The position numbers and the translations under genes were made by a program. The notes below the pieces were generated by a model, which ran no database searches, had not been told where the DNA came from, and saw only the letters and a program-made list of their open reading frames with translations. From Zygnema circumcarinatum SAG 698-1b (lineage: Eukaryota > Plantae > Zygnematophyceae), in contig CM074812.1 in assembly GCA_037447605.1 (NCBI GenBank), positions 806,001-870,000 on the forward strand: a DNA stretch of 64,000 bases, read 5' to 3'. Positions 12,975 through 25,813 of this stretch are shown here, in pieces (within the stretch, counting starts at the first letter, position 1; each line of letters begins with the position of its first letter).

Positions 12975-15399
12975 TCATCCTGCTTCCCCTTCCACTTTCC
13001 CTCCTTTTGTCCTTCGCCTTTTCCTTTTTGACGACTTATCAGAAGCCCCATCCTGAAAGAAAAAGATTTGATGGTCGTCAGACTTCTCTCCCTCCCCACC
13101 CCCCCCACCCCCCCCACCCCGCCTCTCCCTCTCTCTCTCTCACTCACTTTCCCTCTCTCTCTCTTTCCTTCTGTCTCTCTCTCGCTGTCTCTATGTTTCT
13201 CTCACTCTTCTCTCGCTTTTAAGCCTTCACTCTCGTTTGCCTTATTCAAATCGTTTAGAGTTTTGAGTTTACACCAAGTATTTGCGTAAGATTAGGAGAC
13301 AAGCCGCCCAGCAATGTATTCTGAAGTACTGCTGCAATAGTGGAGAGAGTACAAGAGGAAGCAGAGGAGTGAAAAGGGGGAAACGCTCGTTCAATCTTAA
13401 AGCCCTAATTGCCTCAAATCCCGACGAAGTGCTGACAAAGATAGGCCGGCAAGCTCACCTTTTGACTTTCAGCAGTCGTGGGTGCGGTCTTCCCCGACTT
13501 CTTCTTCTTCATTGAGAGCGGGTTAGGTCCCTGCATTCTCCCCTCGTCCAAACTTAATCCAACCTGATGATTTTCTACGAAGTCATCACAAAAGAAGTAA
13601 CACACAGAAGTAATAGAAAAAGAAAAAAATTGCCTTTGGCCACTCCATTCTTCCTCACCTTCACTCGCTTTCGCTTGAAGGTAGGTCGGTCTCTCTCGGC
13701 AAGGATCTGTGCTTTCCTCTTTTTCCTCTCTTCATCTTCATAGTCTTCCATTGAACCCCCAATTCCTCCAGTTGCAGGCCTACTTCTTTCTCCTCTTCGC
13801 ACTTCCTCTTCATCCTCCCTCTCCCCTAGGGTAGGCTCACCTTCCTCTTCATGTCTCTCCCGCTGCCTTGCTGCTTGTGCCTTCTTTTGTGCACGCGAAT
13901 TCAAGATATTCACTTCCCTCTCTGTTAAGTGCAGTCTCTCCGCTTCACTTGACTTCGCAAACTGCTCCTGCTCTTGGGAAGGAGGCTCCAAAACCATGGC
14001 TGTCAACTTCACATAGATAAGAGCGCCGCCAGGAATCTGGTAAGCCAACAAACATTGATGCCTTCAGTGGTAGGTGGGAGTGCCTCCAAACAGATAGAGC
14101 CTTCAGAAGCTTTGAGAAAGTACCAAGGAGTGACCTGCCAGGGATGGAGGCAGCAATAGGAAAACGAGGGAGGGAGAGTATTCTACTCAGAGGCGGGTAT
14201 ATAACGGAACTACTTTCTCAGGAAGCTAGTTGAGGCAGTGCTCTGAAACATAGTTAAAGAATGGATACTAGTGCAACAACCCTCAATTCTAGAATCACAA
14301 GAGCAGAGATTGTAAAGCACGTCGGTTGATGTAACACAATCGACATCTTCGCTTTGGCAATACCTTACGGATGTGGCGGCGCAACTCCGTGTCTTGAGAG
14401 GCCACAAAAAAGTGCTCTGGATTGCTATCTCCCACCATGGACTTAACGCACTCGGTGGCGTTCGATACAGGGGAGTGTTCACACCTGCTTCCGGAACAGA
14501 GAGAGAGGAATTATGGCCTCAAGAAACCCAGGCAAAGCAAAAATGCGAGATAAGACAAACATTACATAGTAACCTATAGCTACTTAGCACGGAAAGAGAA
14601 ACAAGGACATCTCCTTATGCAGTTTTAAGGGGGTCTCTTGGGTCGCTGAAGAAGCCCTTACAACAGAAGGACGACAGAGAAAAAGAATTTTAAAAACTCG
14701 AATAGAGTGCTTCACAGTCGGAATCCTTGCCCCATATCTCATTTACAGAGGAAAAACATTCCAAAAATTCATCTGTAAATGATTCAAAAAAATTTAAGCA
14801 TTCTTCCAGCAACCTACCTTGCCATGCCTAAGCTCCGAGCAGCTTCAATTGTTCCGAAAAATGCCTCTCCAAGCTTTTTCAGCTCTGCCAAAATGCACCT
14901 GCAAAGTACACTGTGAGAATTTAATAAAACGATTTCATCGAAAATAGGATTCAGGACCCTCAGTTAATTAATCTAATTCAAATGGCTGAACTACCTTTAA
15001 AGAGGGTGCGGTTATTTAGGGTTGCTCGGCGTTCTCAAAAATTCAAGAGTTTGAAGATTTAGCTATGCTTTATGGAGTATAATGCCCTAAAGCCTTGGAG
15101 CTTCCTAGGAACCCGAATAATTTACGAGCCTGATAACCCTAAAACTTGAAATCCATGAATTTTCATAGAAAGTGACCCCTGTACCTAAAAACCCCCACAG
15201 TTCCATACCGGGTGACCATTGGTTTGACCTCGCCGCCGAGCAGGCGAGCCAGAGGCTGCACGAGGTCCGACATGCCGGCTTTCAGCGCGGCGTGGAGGAA
15301 GGTGCCGTCGCAGAGCACTTTGAAGGGCTCGCGGAAGGCGAAGCACGTGCGGTAGAAGCGCACATGGCGGCGAAACTGCTTCTGCCGCTTCACCTTCAT
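12975..15399 (-). CDS. UTP23: rRNA-processing PIN-domain protein UTP23 (SSU processome), 6 exons
   Basis: Exon 1 MKVKRQKQFRRHVRFYRTCFAFREPFKVLCDGTF. Then CILAELKKLGE (~14818-14899), CEH...NPEHFFVASQDTELR (~14364-14483), IPGGALIY...LEPPS (~13660-14036), GPNPLSMKKKK (~13460-13530) and a basic last exon 12975-13052 ending in TGA. Confidence 0.95.
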
Positions 15400-15988
15400 G
15401 ACGAGGGAGGAAGGGGNNNNNNNNNNGGAGGGAGGGAGGGAGAGGGGAGAGGGAGGGAAGGAGGGAGGGGAGAGGGAGGGAGGGAGAAAGGGAGGGAGGG
15501 AGGAGGGAGGGGAGGGAGGGGGAGAGGGAGAGGGAGGTGGGTAAGAGCTAGCCGGCGTCTCTAACAGGCATTCCTAGATTATATGACTTTATCGGCATGT
15601 GACTCAGATGGCGTCAATACGTAATTTACTTTATGAAACTAGACTAAACTTTATCGGATGGTTGCGGAGACTACATAAAAGCACCTCTTTCAATGGGGGC
15701 AGTCAGACCTTGACCATCGCCAAATCAATTTCGTAAGCCTGTCGGGCGAATTCAGCATTGGCTAGGTACGCATTTCGGTACGGCTGGGCTCGGCGGAGCC
15801 GCGGATCCCGAGCCGGAATTCGTACATGAAAGCAGTGACTTTTAGTATAAGGAATTCGGGAATTTCGTAAGCGATGATCAAGGTCTGACTCCCCCTAATA
15901 GAAATGTGCCACGAGTCGACCCGTTATTGGATGGTGCTCGCAATTGTGTTTTCGGCGAATCGCCCTCGCCTTTTTCCGGCCGCGCTCG

Positions 15989-16230
15989 GATGGCATGGCA
16001 TGGCATGGCATGGCATGGCATGGCATGGCATGGAAAAGGGCATGCCATGGCATGGCATGGCAGGGCATGGCAGGGCATGGCAGGGCATGGCAGGGCATGG
16101 CAGGGCATGGCAGGGCATGGCAGGGCATGGCAGGGCATGGCAGGGCATGGCAGGGCATGGCAGGGCATAGCATGGCATGGCAGGGCATGGCATGGCATGG
16201 CATAGCAGGGCACTGCAGCGGCATGGCATG
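15989..16230. repeat. Compound (CATGG)n / (CAGGGCATGG)n satellite
   Basis: A pentamer run, then about 11 copies of the 10-mer cagggcatgg. It accounts for the spurious MPCHALPC/AWQGMAGHGR ORFs. Confidence 0.95.
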
Positions 16231-17304
16231 GGTTGGGTTGGGTGTGAGAGATGGGGGGGGGGGCATGGAGATTGCCATGCCTTCAGGATGCCCATCCATT
16301 GGGCACATCATGACCATGACCATATGTTTATGGGGAGGGGATTCCTTTGGTTGTGAATGATCTCCTTTATGCAGACCGCGACCACCATTGCCTGCCTTCA
16401 TTGAGGCTGAGCCTGGTCGCCGCCTTCCCTTACTTTCCACCTCGATCCCTCAGCTTCGGTTGAAACCTTCTTCGGTTTGTATGGGATATGGCTGCCTCTT
16501 ATGAAGGCATTCTTCGATTCCTCTGCAGTTTCTTTTAGGATTTTTCTTTTTTTTTTGTACGAGCGAAATCGAATGCTAACCGTTTTTTAGCTATTAATTT
16601 CTAATCTCTAGTTTCTTAATATAAATAGATACATCACTTCAGAAGTTTTCTAGGGTTTCCTTGAAGGTCACCTTCCGCAGTTCTCTCCAGAACTATATTT
16701 CGGTCACTGACGAGTATCAAAGACCTTGCAACGAGTCGCATGAAGAAGACAAAAATATGGAAGTGCAGAAACACCTTCTTGTTCTGGAGTACAACTGATT
16801 TCCTGACCACCCTCAACCCTAAAAACTGTACAACTTGAAAGGCCGTACCCTAAAACCCCTAAAACCCGAACGATTCTCCAAGCAACATATTGCTCCTATT
16901 CAGATGAATTGGTCAACTTTCGGTACAAATAGCAAAGATTGAGTCCGGAAAGTTGTAAGGTAGTGCGACAACAAACGGAAAAGCCACCAGTCGGTTGACC
17001 AATAACGCACGTAGCAGTAATGATCCGAGACGTATTGCACCGAAAATTGAACATTTTTTTTTTATAAAAACATAGGAATAAAATGATCCAAACCTTGCAA
17101 TTGAGATTTTCCAATAATTGAACGTAAACGAGTCGACTGTTGGAGTGCCAAGTGGGGCACTGTCAGCGATGGAAAGAGTGGAAAAGACAACAACCTCTTT
17201 GCCACTAGTATCAACACAAAGTGAGGCACATTCTACGTGACACTCCACTCGCTGATGTTTTCGAGCCTTGACCTAAGTCTCTTCAAGGGTGTAGATTTTC
17301 CACA

Positions 17305-17308
17305 GAGA

Positions 17309-17385
<77 letters not shown>
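17305..17385. repeat. (GA)n microsatellite downstream of the TBC stop codon (probable 3' UTR)
   Basis: About 40 GA dinucleotides. Confidence 0.95.
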
Positions 17386-17389
<4 letters not shown>

Positions 17390-17561
17390 CCCGTTTTGCA
17401 GACTTCATCATTTGTCCACCATGAAGGCGCCTTTGTTTGCCAGTTGATGCTCGGAAGGGGGGGGGGGGGGGGTGGGAACGAGGGAAGGGAAGGGCTGAGA
17501 TAACCGCCAAATAGTCCGCCATATGAGAGTGAAAAGCTGGCAATGTCGAATTCCATCAACT

Positions 17562-19008
17562 TCATGATGAAGCGAAGTGATTGGGACTCCTGTTGAACAT
17601 CACTCTCCACATGAATGCGCGGGAGAGGACCATCTCCAGCTCCTCCACAGACCATCGCCGGGTTGGGAGATGCTGCAGGAAGAGGAGCATTTCCTGGAAG
17701 TCTAGAGATTGAAGTTGGTCGGTCCACTGCAGGCAGGAAGAGAGATATGGTAAGAGTCAATGCCCTGCAGCCGGAATGGCAAATAGTATGGGACGATTTG
17801 ATCTGTTGATTTCAAGTACCACGGAAACTCATGACATGCTTTTTGTGAACGAATGATAGGAGTTGACAAAGCTGTTCGTAGTTTTATAGCAGGGAAAACG
17901 GAAATAGGGCAGATTCCGTACAGTGAGCATGAAGCTGGCACAGGCGTACACGAGGTAGTCAGAAAAGCCATCGCCCTCAGCAAGATAAGTGTCCCATAGC
18001 CGGGTCACCAATACAAATGGAATCTGCACATGAAGCAAGACTATAGGCTTTAGAAAGGGATTCTTACATACAGCCCAACCATATCTTTGCAGCATGTGAA
18101 GGCAAACAAAAGCAATGATGTTCCGGTGCCCTTATGTACCGTAAAAGACAGTCAGGAGACCACTCTACACCCAGGGCTCTTTGCATGTATTGAAGAGTAA
18201 TTTCAATTGAAGCAGGTTATGGGATTTGATCGAAATGATTTTCGCCTCTTCTCAGCATAGCCGCCAAAGTCTGATTCCTACAAATTCCTTTAGAGAAACT
18301 GAACTGCACTGCCCCCCTCCCCTGATCCAGCTAAGAAGTCAGTCATGTTGATGGTTCAACAGATGAGTCGATGATGCTGAATGCATGCATGCGCTCACCT
18401 CTCGAATAAGCAGACAGTTAAACCATCGAAACGCGAACTGCAAATACTCCAAGCCCTGCTCCTCGACGTGTCTCGCCATGGGCTCTGCCTCAACAAGGAC
18501 AGCAATGGGCGGAGTGAGACCATGCCATAGTTTGCCATACAAGCACTGCAATCGCCAATAAATCAACAGACACATGCATTCTAGAAGGCTTTTCTCTCCT
18601 TCTTCAAAGGGCTTCCCTCACTGAACTGTCTTTAAAAAGTCCACAATTTCCTCGCAACAGACGTGCCGTTTTCGTTTGGATAGGATATCAACTTCCCTTC
18701 GTCCCAAAAGAACAGGAGGTAGGCAGCTTACCGTCAATCCTACGAACAATCTCCTTCAGCCTGAAGACAAGTCGCTGTATTCCCGGTTGAGCAAATGTAT
18801 AGTGGTCCTGAATGCCGTCCAAGAGCTTGGAGAGACACCAATAGCAGTCAGCTTCCACTCTCAGCAGCTGCCCTTGCGGAATACGAGAGACCGGCCAAGT
18901 CTCAAGATCTCCCGAAAAGATTTCAGAAAGGAAGACAGTGAGGAAGGGAGTGACGAGGTCGTTAATGCCCTGAACATAGCCGCTGGCGGGGTGGCGTATA
19001 GCCCTGCC

Positions 19009-19052
<44 letters not shown>

Positions 19053-20887
19053 TGAAAACAGAGGGAGAGAGAAGGAGAGGGAGAGTGGTGGAGTCGCAAA
19101 GAGTGGTAGGCAACAATATGGAGGATATGAGGGCTTTGTTTGGTCGAAACAGCTTGACAAAGAGTTGGTTCAAATTCTATGGTGGACAGAAGGCATGTTA
19201 TTCTATTCACCAGGAGCTCACCATATATACAATATTCTCTCCAATGACGTTTGAATTACAGCCTGTTGGAAAAAGGGGACCTCCGGCACTGTTCGGGGAA
19301 CATCCACAGATATCTGCATACATGCGTCCCTCCACACAATATAAACAACGCAGAATGAGCTCCAAGAAAATGCAAATGCTGTTCTATTTTGTTCAATAAA
19401 AACGCCGAAAGTCACGATTCAATGGATGCGGTGCAAAAGAAAGGTTCCAAGTCCTGCAATTCATTCATTCGGTGCAGATGCCCAAAACATCAAGACGACC
19501 CGAAACATGAGAAGGGCCAAAGGAGGGGGGAAAGAACATGTTTCCAATGGAGATGGGGTAGTGACATTCATCACCTGTCGCAATGTATGGACCTCATCGT
19601 CCGTTCTATCATCGTTGGAAATGTCGTAATATTGCGGAACCCAGTCTCTATACTCTTGCCGCTTTCTTGCCAAAACACTTTCACGTCTGTCTGAATTAGG
19701 GGGCGCATAACCCTGCCAGTAAAGAAAGCAAACGAGGGATTTCAAAACAGACGATCTTCCAAAGAAGACAAGAATCGAACTGCACGGCCCTTATCAAGCA
19801 TACAGTACTGCAGAAAAGGACAGAAAAGCTATTCTAGGTCTGCTTGCATTTGTGTACCGCATATGCCCTATGTATGATGATGCTTATATATCGTTGGGGG
19901 ATTCAAGTGCAGAATATCGGGATATATCGCTGAGGGATTCGAGTGCAATTTTGAAGGATGACGACACGCACCAAAAGCAGTCTCCATACATTAGGCCGCA
20001 TATTCTCCGGCACACCACTCCATGCCAGTTCTCTAAGGGCATCTGCATCACACAACAGCTTCCGGAAATAAGCAGACGCTGACAACTTCCCTCAAGGGAC
20101 ACGCGAGCCAAGGGAAGAGTGCATAGTTCCAACGACACAACACATAAATAAATTTTCAGCAAAGGAATCGTCATAAAGTCTCTGTATGTTTTCAGCGTTA
20201 TGGTCTAGCAAGCATGAATGATACCACAAGTCTCCTGGTTACAGCAAGTTTGGCCTGCCAAACTTGCTGCCAAACTTGTTTGTTTGCTATCATACCCAAG
20301 GTTCTGAAAGGAAAACCAACACGTTAGAAAAACCCTCCAGACACAGTCGTTACACTTTATCAAGGGAGGTCCAAGAACAACATGGAAAGGAGGTTTACCT
20401 AGATTAACAGAAGGAGCAGACAGCTCCTTTTTGAACCGTGCTACTCTCGCCGAGTCTGTTGCACGCCCTCCCTGTGCCCTCTGATGACCCTCCAAAGAAT
20501 GTTCGGCAGATGGAACAGACGAATCCCCTTCTCCCTCCCTCTCTGCTGCAGCTTTGCTCACCTCCTCTGCCTCCTGCATAAACCCCGAATCTCATTCCGG
20601 GTTCAATAACTCCTAGTTAAACGCAAGCCGCGTTCCGGTTCAGCAGTCTTAAACCCTGCAGAACTCAGCGAGCATTGCTTACCTTCTCAGAAGCATGTGC
20701 CTCGCGAGGGCTTTTCCGTGGTTCTGCTTCATCACCTTCATCTTCCCCATCATCCGGCTGACCAAGAGAGGTCCGTCCATGTCTGCCATGGCCGGCTTGC
20801 GAGTTTCCATTCAGAACGTGAGCAGGATCTGTAGAAGTCCTCCTTGAGAGTCGGACCTTCCCCGGAAATGTGCGTCCTCCAATGAGT
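17562..20887 (-). CDS. TBC1D22: TBC1D22/GYP1-like Rab GTPase-activating protein; first coding exon not resolved (leader may extend to ~22760)
   Basis: Exons: LIGGRTFPGKVRLSRR (from 20887), ARVARFKKELS, ALRELAWSGVPENMRPNVWRLLL, GYAPPNSDRR, ISVDVPRT (IxxDxxR arginine finger), AIRHPASGYVQGINDL (glutamine finger), GLEYLQFAFRWFNCLLIRE, LWDTYLAE, and last exon 17562-17726 ending SRAFMWRVMFNRSPNHFASS*. Confidence 0.95.
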
Positions 20888-23459
20888 CTGCAGGATGGCC
20901 ACATTCCAAGCAACCTTTTTCAAGGTTCGGTCGAACAACTAGTCTACTGCTTGACAGCCATACTCATCATATCTTCAGCATATATCCTCAACACCATCCA
21001 CCAAACCAGAAGGCATTGGCAAGAAGGCAGTCCTTTCCGAAGCCCACTCTCCAGTCAGCAGTGTGCAGAAAATTTCATGCTTTCCTGTGAAGTATCCCGG
21101 CTACCGACAATGCCTGATGCACTGCACATAAACTATCTCTTTCAGCTTGAGGAGCCGCAAAGCTCAACCCAACCTTCCTATTCCACTTGTGCAAGCTACT
21201 GCTTCTTCAAAGGCCTGCCTCCTCCATGGCAACCCTCCTCACTGCTACCCTCTCACTTTCCCTGAATCTCAAACTCAGAGTGCAGTCCTGCTGCGACAGA
21301 CAGCCCACCCTGCAGCAGTCCAACAGCCTCCTGCTACATCTTTGCAAATGTTTGCGAGCAGAAGCGTTCTTCTCCGACCATCTCCTGCATAGAAAAGGGA
21401 GAGAAATGCAGAGAGCTTTCAGTGGCTGTCTGCAGATCTCAGTTCCGTGACTCTGGCGGCTTCTTTACGACACACCAGAGTGACAAGACCATCCCTGCAT
21501 TCACCACCTTTTCTATTGCAGCTTCAGTCCCAGCTCGGGCTCAAACAAGCCTCTCAGCTATAGTATGAAAGCTCATCAGATGAATACACGCCTGATCGTC
21601 ACTGGCGAAAGGTGGAGTAAGGATGATGACTCTTTTTGACAATAACCTACACTCTTAAATGCAAAAGAAAAAAGGAAGGAAGAACAATGCTCCCAACACC
21701 TACACATGGATAACGTTACATAGATGCTTTTTAATGACATTCACATCTCACAACCAAAACATTCCTGCCCGGAACTCAAAGTTTCACTCCAAACTCTTGC
21801 ACTCTCTATCACTTCACAAGATTGTTCTTATAGAATCTATGAGGGTTTGCAATACTTGATGAGTTTAATGAAAAAAGACTTCCTAACAAGCTTACCAAAC
21901 AAGGGTATAGACAAGTCGATGCCCCATATTCTCCACTTCCCTCTATCAGCTCACAAGAATGACACGCGAAATCGCCCTACCTACTTGTCTTTGTGAAGAA
22001 CTAAATGAAAGCACATGTTTCATTCAGGTTATTCCTGCCAAGAAGACATCTATTCACACCACCACCAGCTCAATCACAGAATTAACAAACAGGTGCACAT
22101 ATACTTTTCAAGAAGGAGCTTTAGCACACTTTGATCATGCGCTTCACTCGACAATAGCCTTCGTGCCCGAATGTGCAAAGACAATTCAAAGCGTAGGCTG
22201 ATCAATCAATCCTGCAAGAGGTAGAAGGGCCTCAAACACTCCCATCTTCCAACATGAAAACAACACTGCACTTGATTCCAAAATAATTATTCCTTCCTAC
22301 ATTGTAACTAGGTACTTCACCCCGTCCTCAAAATTCATTGAGTTCTGTGTACGCATGGAACCAATACAACCCTTAATCGCCAGAGAGGAGGAGCACACCG
22401 TCCTTCATTCGACGCTGAAGGCGAGCGCACTTTCTTTTGCTCCTTAGAGCGGCCGGCTGAAGCTGAAGCTGAAGCTGAAGGCGGAAGAGAAGCGAGGTGC
22501 ACAGACGCAGGGTGGACTTTTGCAGAATGCAGTTGCAGACGAGGAGGAGTAGGAGTGCTCGGAGGACGTATGTACTTCAAAAGGTTACGAAGATGAAAGC
22601 CTTTCACCAGGAAGCAGAAGGCATCTGCATTTCTTGAACGAAAGTGTGATCGGAAACGGTTTGCATTCGGAGAAGGGGGGGCGGTCGGAGAGGGATTAGG
22701 GTAAGGAGCGGGTGACGTCACTGGTTGCAGCCGTAACTTTGAGTGCTTTCCCATAATCGTACGTGGCAGGGGGAGGGGTCAGGCCAAGGCCAGCAACCTT
22801 CGAAGTGATTGTTCAACTCTTAATTATATTTTGAACCCTCTTTTAATATACTTAAAATGATGTTATTTCCATTGAAGAAAAATAGAACTGAGAACTCATT
22901 TTTTTAATCGTACGAGCCTTTAAGGTGAATGGCTGCAAATCCCAACAGTGGAAGGCTGTCTGCGATCACTAGGAACTTCTACCTTCACCTTGCATCCCAT
23001 CCATACATTCACATCAAGCTTTCCTAAGACTCCAGAGGTGCCAAAAGCCAATACGACCTTAAGGAAAACAGCGAAACCCTAACGAGGGCCTATGGAAGAA
23101 AAAACCGCAAAACAGGGCCCCTCTAAGAAATTCCCCTGCAGATTCCCTTCCAGGACTGCAACTGCAGGTCAACAAGGCCCCACTTCAGCTGTCCTCCAAA
23201 AGCAAGTTCGAGCAAGAGATCGCGGACAGCCATGGCTGCAGAAGGTACCTGTCGGAGGGCCACATGGCTCCTGCAAAGCGGCTTCTGCCTCAGGTAGCCC
23301 CCTCTGCTGCATCCAAAGGGGCTCTCCCGTGCTCCCCTCTCACTCTCTCTCACTCTCTCTCTCCTCTCTCCTTCCCCTCGCCCTCCGCCCTCTCCCGCTC
23401 CCTTTCCCGCTCCCGCGCGTTGCCGCTCCCCACTGCTCAACCGGGAGCTGAGAGCGTGC

Positions 23460-23900
23460 GCATATCTCGATACGCTACAGCTCGATTCATACTGTACCAC
23501 ATCTTCCGTTGCTACCCGTACCACATCGTATCTTACAATATCGCATCGTGTATGAAAAATCGTATCGTGTGTATCGTACATTGAAATAGCGTATCGTATT
23601 GATAAGTATCTCTGTGTCAGTAAATATCGTATCCCGATTCCAACAGATGTGGAAGGCGATACCGTACGGTCATGGCGGCTCCGATGCCGTCCATTGAGCG
23701 AAGATTTCGCTGATCGGACGGTGAAGTGGCGAGCACCTGACCTGCTACAGTGGGGGGTCCTCGTATTTACCACCCCAAGGAGTGCGTCCTCAATATTTTC
23801 GCCCCAATTTTGCCGAAACCACTTTTTTGTACGGTAACTTGTGTCAGCCGTACTGTCCGTACTGTCCGTACTGTCCGTACTATCTGTACTAGCCGATACG
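23460..23900. repeat. ATCGT/CGTAC short-repeat-rich segment (possible subterminal repeats of a non-autonomous DNA transposon)
   Basis: Many atcgt units at 23500-23640 and (CGTACTGTC)n at ~23848-23880. Similar cgtac-rich tracts occur at 25086-25520 and ~47870-47970. Confidence 0.4.
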
Positions 23901-23950
23901 GGCTTACGCAAAACGCACCTAATCTCCCCGCTCGTGCCGCCGTAAGAGGA

Positions 23951-24771
23951 TGTAGCACAAGATAAGTGGGGTTAAGAGAAGACTGCTGAGCTAGTTGCAG
24001 GTGCTGTACGGCCACCCGCGCGTCCGTGCTGAAACTAATGAAGGGTTGGGTTGGTGCTGTGGGTCTGCCTGCAGCATAGAGCCAGGATCCGGGGGATTCA
24101 GAGGTACGCGCAGCGGAAGACGTAGGGATCCTGAAGATGTCCCCACCGGCGGCTGGACTCGATGCGCAAAGAGCCCTTCCTTGGGGGCTCTCTTCCCCTG
24201 TCCTCTCCCCGGCTATTCTCTTAGCTAGGCTTCTAGTTATCATTGGTCATTGGGCGGAGCATAAGGCAGGATTTCACAAGATGGTAGCTTGACATAGTGA
24301 CAACAAAGGGCAAATAGGACTCAACTTAGATAAAGGTTGTGTTTTGGAAACTCACCCCAGCCAGCGGTTGGCTGGGGATTGTCATTACAATGAAAGTGTC
24401 TTCTCACTGAAATCCTTGTCTGGCTGGGCTGAATGGGATGTCTAAATGCTATCAGCAAGAAGACTCTCTCTCTCTCTCTATGCAATGGAACTCTCTCTCT
24501 CTCTCATACTTAGCATCTGTTGCTGGAGCTGAAGAGGCAGAAAAAAAGAACAAGACAACAGACCACACAGCAAATACAAATACTAAGCCCAACACTAAAA
24601 GACAAACTAGCATCATTGACATCCCATCTACTTAGCGCTGACAATAGATCTTGAGCCTTAGCAGTGACAGTCCCTGATTGGCCAACTGCCCACTGAGTGG
24701 CCTGACTGACTGCGTGGAGCCTTCGGATTGGTCAACTGATGACAATCGGCGGCATGTTGCGGCGCTTCCGA
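23951..24771 (-). mobile_element. Second copy (D2) of the gypsy-D family LTR, truncated by an assembly gap
   Basis: Starts TGTAGCACAAGATAAG. Colinear with 25530-25813 plus 32104-32620, including the CCCCAGCCA-GCGGT-TGGCTGGGG hairpin. Confidence 0.8.
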
Positions 24772-24803
24772 NNNNNNNNNNNNNNNNNNNNNNNNNNNNN
24801 NNN

Positions 24804-25085
24804 GGTGGCGTGAGACGACGCGAGGATTGACGCGTCATCTATCTTGGAGGCAAGGTCAGATCCTACGGCGCAAGACGTGGATCAGATGGAAGGCTGAGTC
24901 GGATCCGACGGAAGCAAAGGGCTGGATTGTGCATTATTTGCTGTGATTCACTCTGTGAGTAAAATGGGCTATGAGTGAATGTGAGAGATTTGAATATGTC
25001 ATCGTCGATTGGAACGCGAACTCCGATGGAGGGTGACCTGAATGGAGGAACGGACGGCAGTAGTGGAGGAGTCCCTTCACCAACA
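24804..25085 (+). mobile_element. 3' fragment (H) of a copia LTR related to element G
   Basis: Contains atgggctatgagtga, shared with the reverse complement of the G LTR. Ends ...CACCAACA. The left side is lost in the N-gap. Confidence 0.7.
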
Positions 25086-25328
25086 CGTACTAGCCGTACG
25101 AGCTGTAGTAGCCGTTGCGGGCTCGCATTTAAACTCTCTGACGGTATGCGTCCGCGATATGTCGATACGTCTGATGCTAAATACAGTAGTGTGCGATGCG
25201 GTGTACGATGTAGTGCGGTCGCGTCGTCACCCGGTTCAACATGAACTCTAACATAATACCGCCCGTCTATTCGTAACACGAAGCTTATGTATGCAAATTT
25301 AATATTTTCCCCTCATTTTGCCCGGAAC

Positions 25329-25450
25329 TAGGGTGGAAAATATGACCCCCTACTGTACCGAACGGCGATTACCGTACGGTACGGCGTGTGAAACTTCGCA
25401 AAAAAAGGAAATGATACTGCTACCCCCCCCGTTTTGGATATTCCACCCCC
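25329..25450. mobile_element. Possible ~120-bp MITE
   Basis: Imperfect inverted termini gggtggaaaatat / atattccaccc with internal tac(c)g repeats. No TSD confirmed. Confidence 0.3.
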
Positions 25451-25813
25451 CTTTTTGAAAATTTGAGTACTGTACTGTACAGTATTTTTGTACAACCGTA
25501 CGATCTGTACGGCCGGGTGCGCGGAGCGCTGTAGCACAAGATAAGTGGAGTTAAGAGGAGACTGCTGATCTAGCTGAAGGTACTGTACGGCAACTAGTGC
25601 ATCCGTCCTGAAACTAATGAAGGGTTGGATTGGGGGCATTAGGTGCCTGCTGATTATAGAGCCGAGGCTGGGGGATTCAAAGTGCAGCGCGAAATGGCTT
25701 AGGGATCTGAAGATGTTGCGCCGGCGGACTCGACTCATGAGAGCCCTTCCCTAGGGGTTCTCTTCTTCTGTTCTCTCTTCAGCTATTCTCTTTGCTAGGC
25801 TCCTAGTTATCAT

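Noticed and set aside
15878-16440. Cys/His/Met-rich ORFs (MPCHALPC..., AWQGMAGHGR..., HMVMVMM) as metal-binding proteins
   Set aside because: They are translations of the CATGG satellite in all frames.
20915-20940. FDRTLKKV as the TBC N-terminal RFNQTLKNV motif
   Set aside because: It is out of phase with the next exon and would need a 27-nt intron, so the first coding exon is left unresolved.
23848-23880. CRISPR-like or other prokaryotic repeat array
   Set aside because: A simple 9-bp tandem repeat without spacers, in eukaryotic intron-containing DNA.
23951-25813. 23951-24242 and 25530-25813 as the two LTRs of an independent 290-bp-LTR element
   Set aside because: Both continue into the same downstream sequence once G is removed. 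They are the ends of ~1-kb D-family LTRs.
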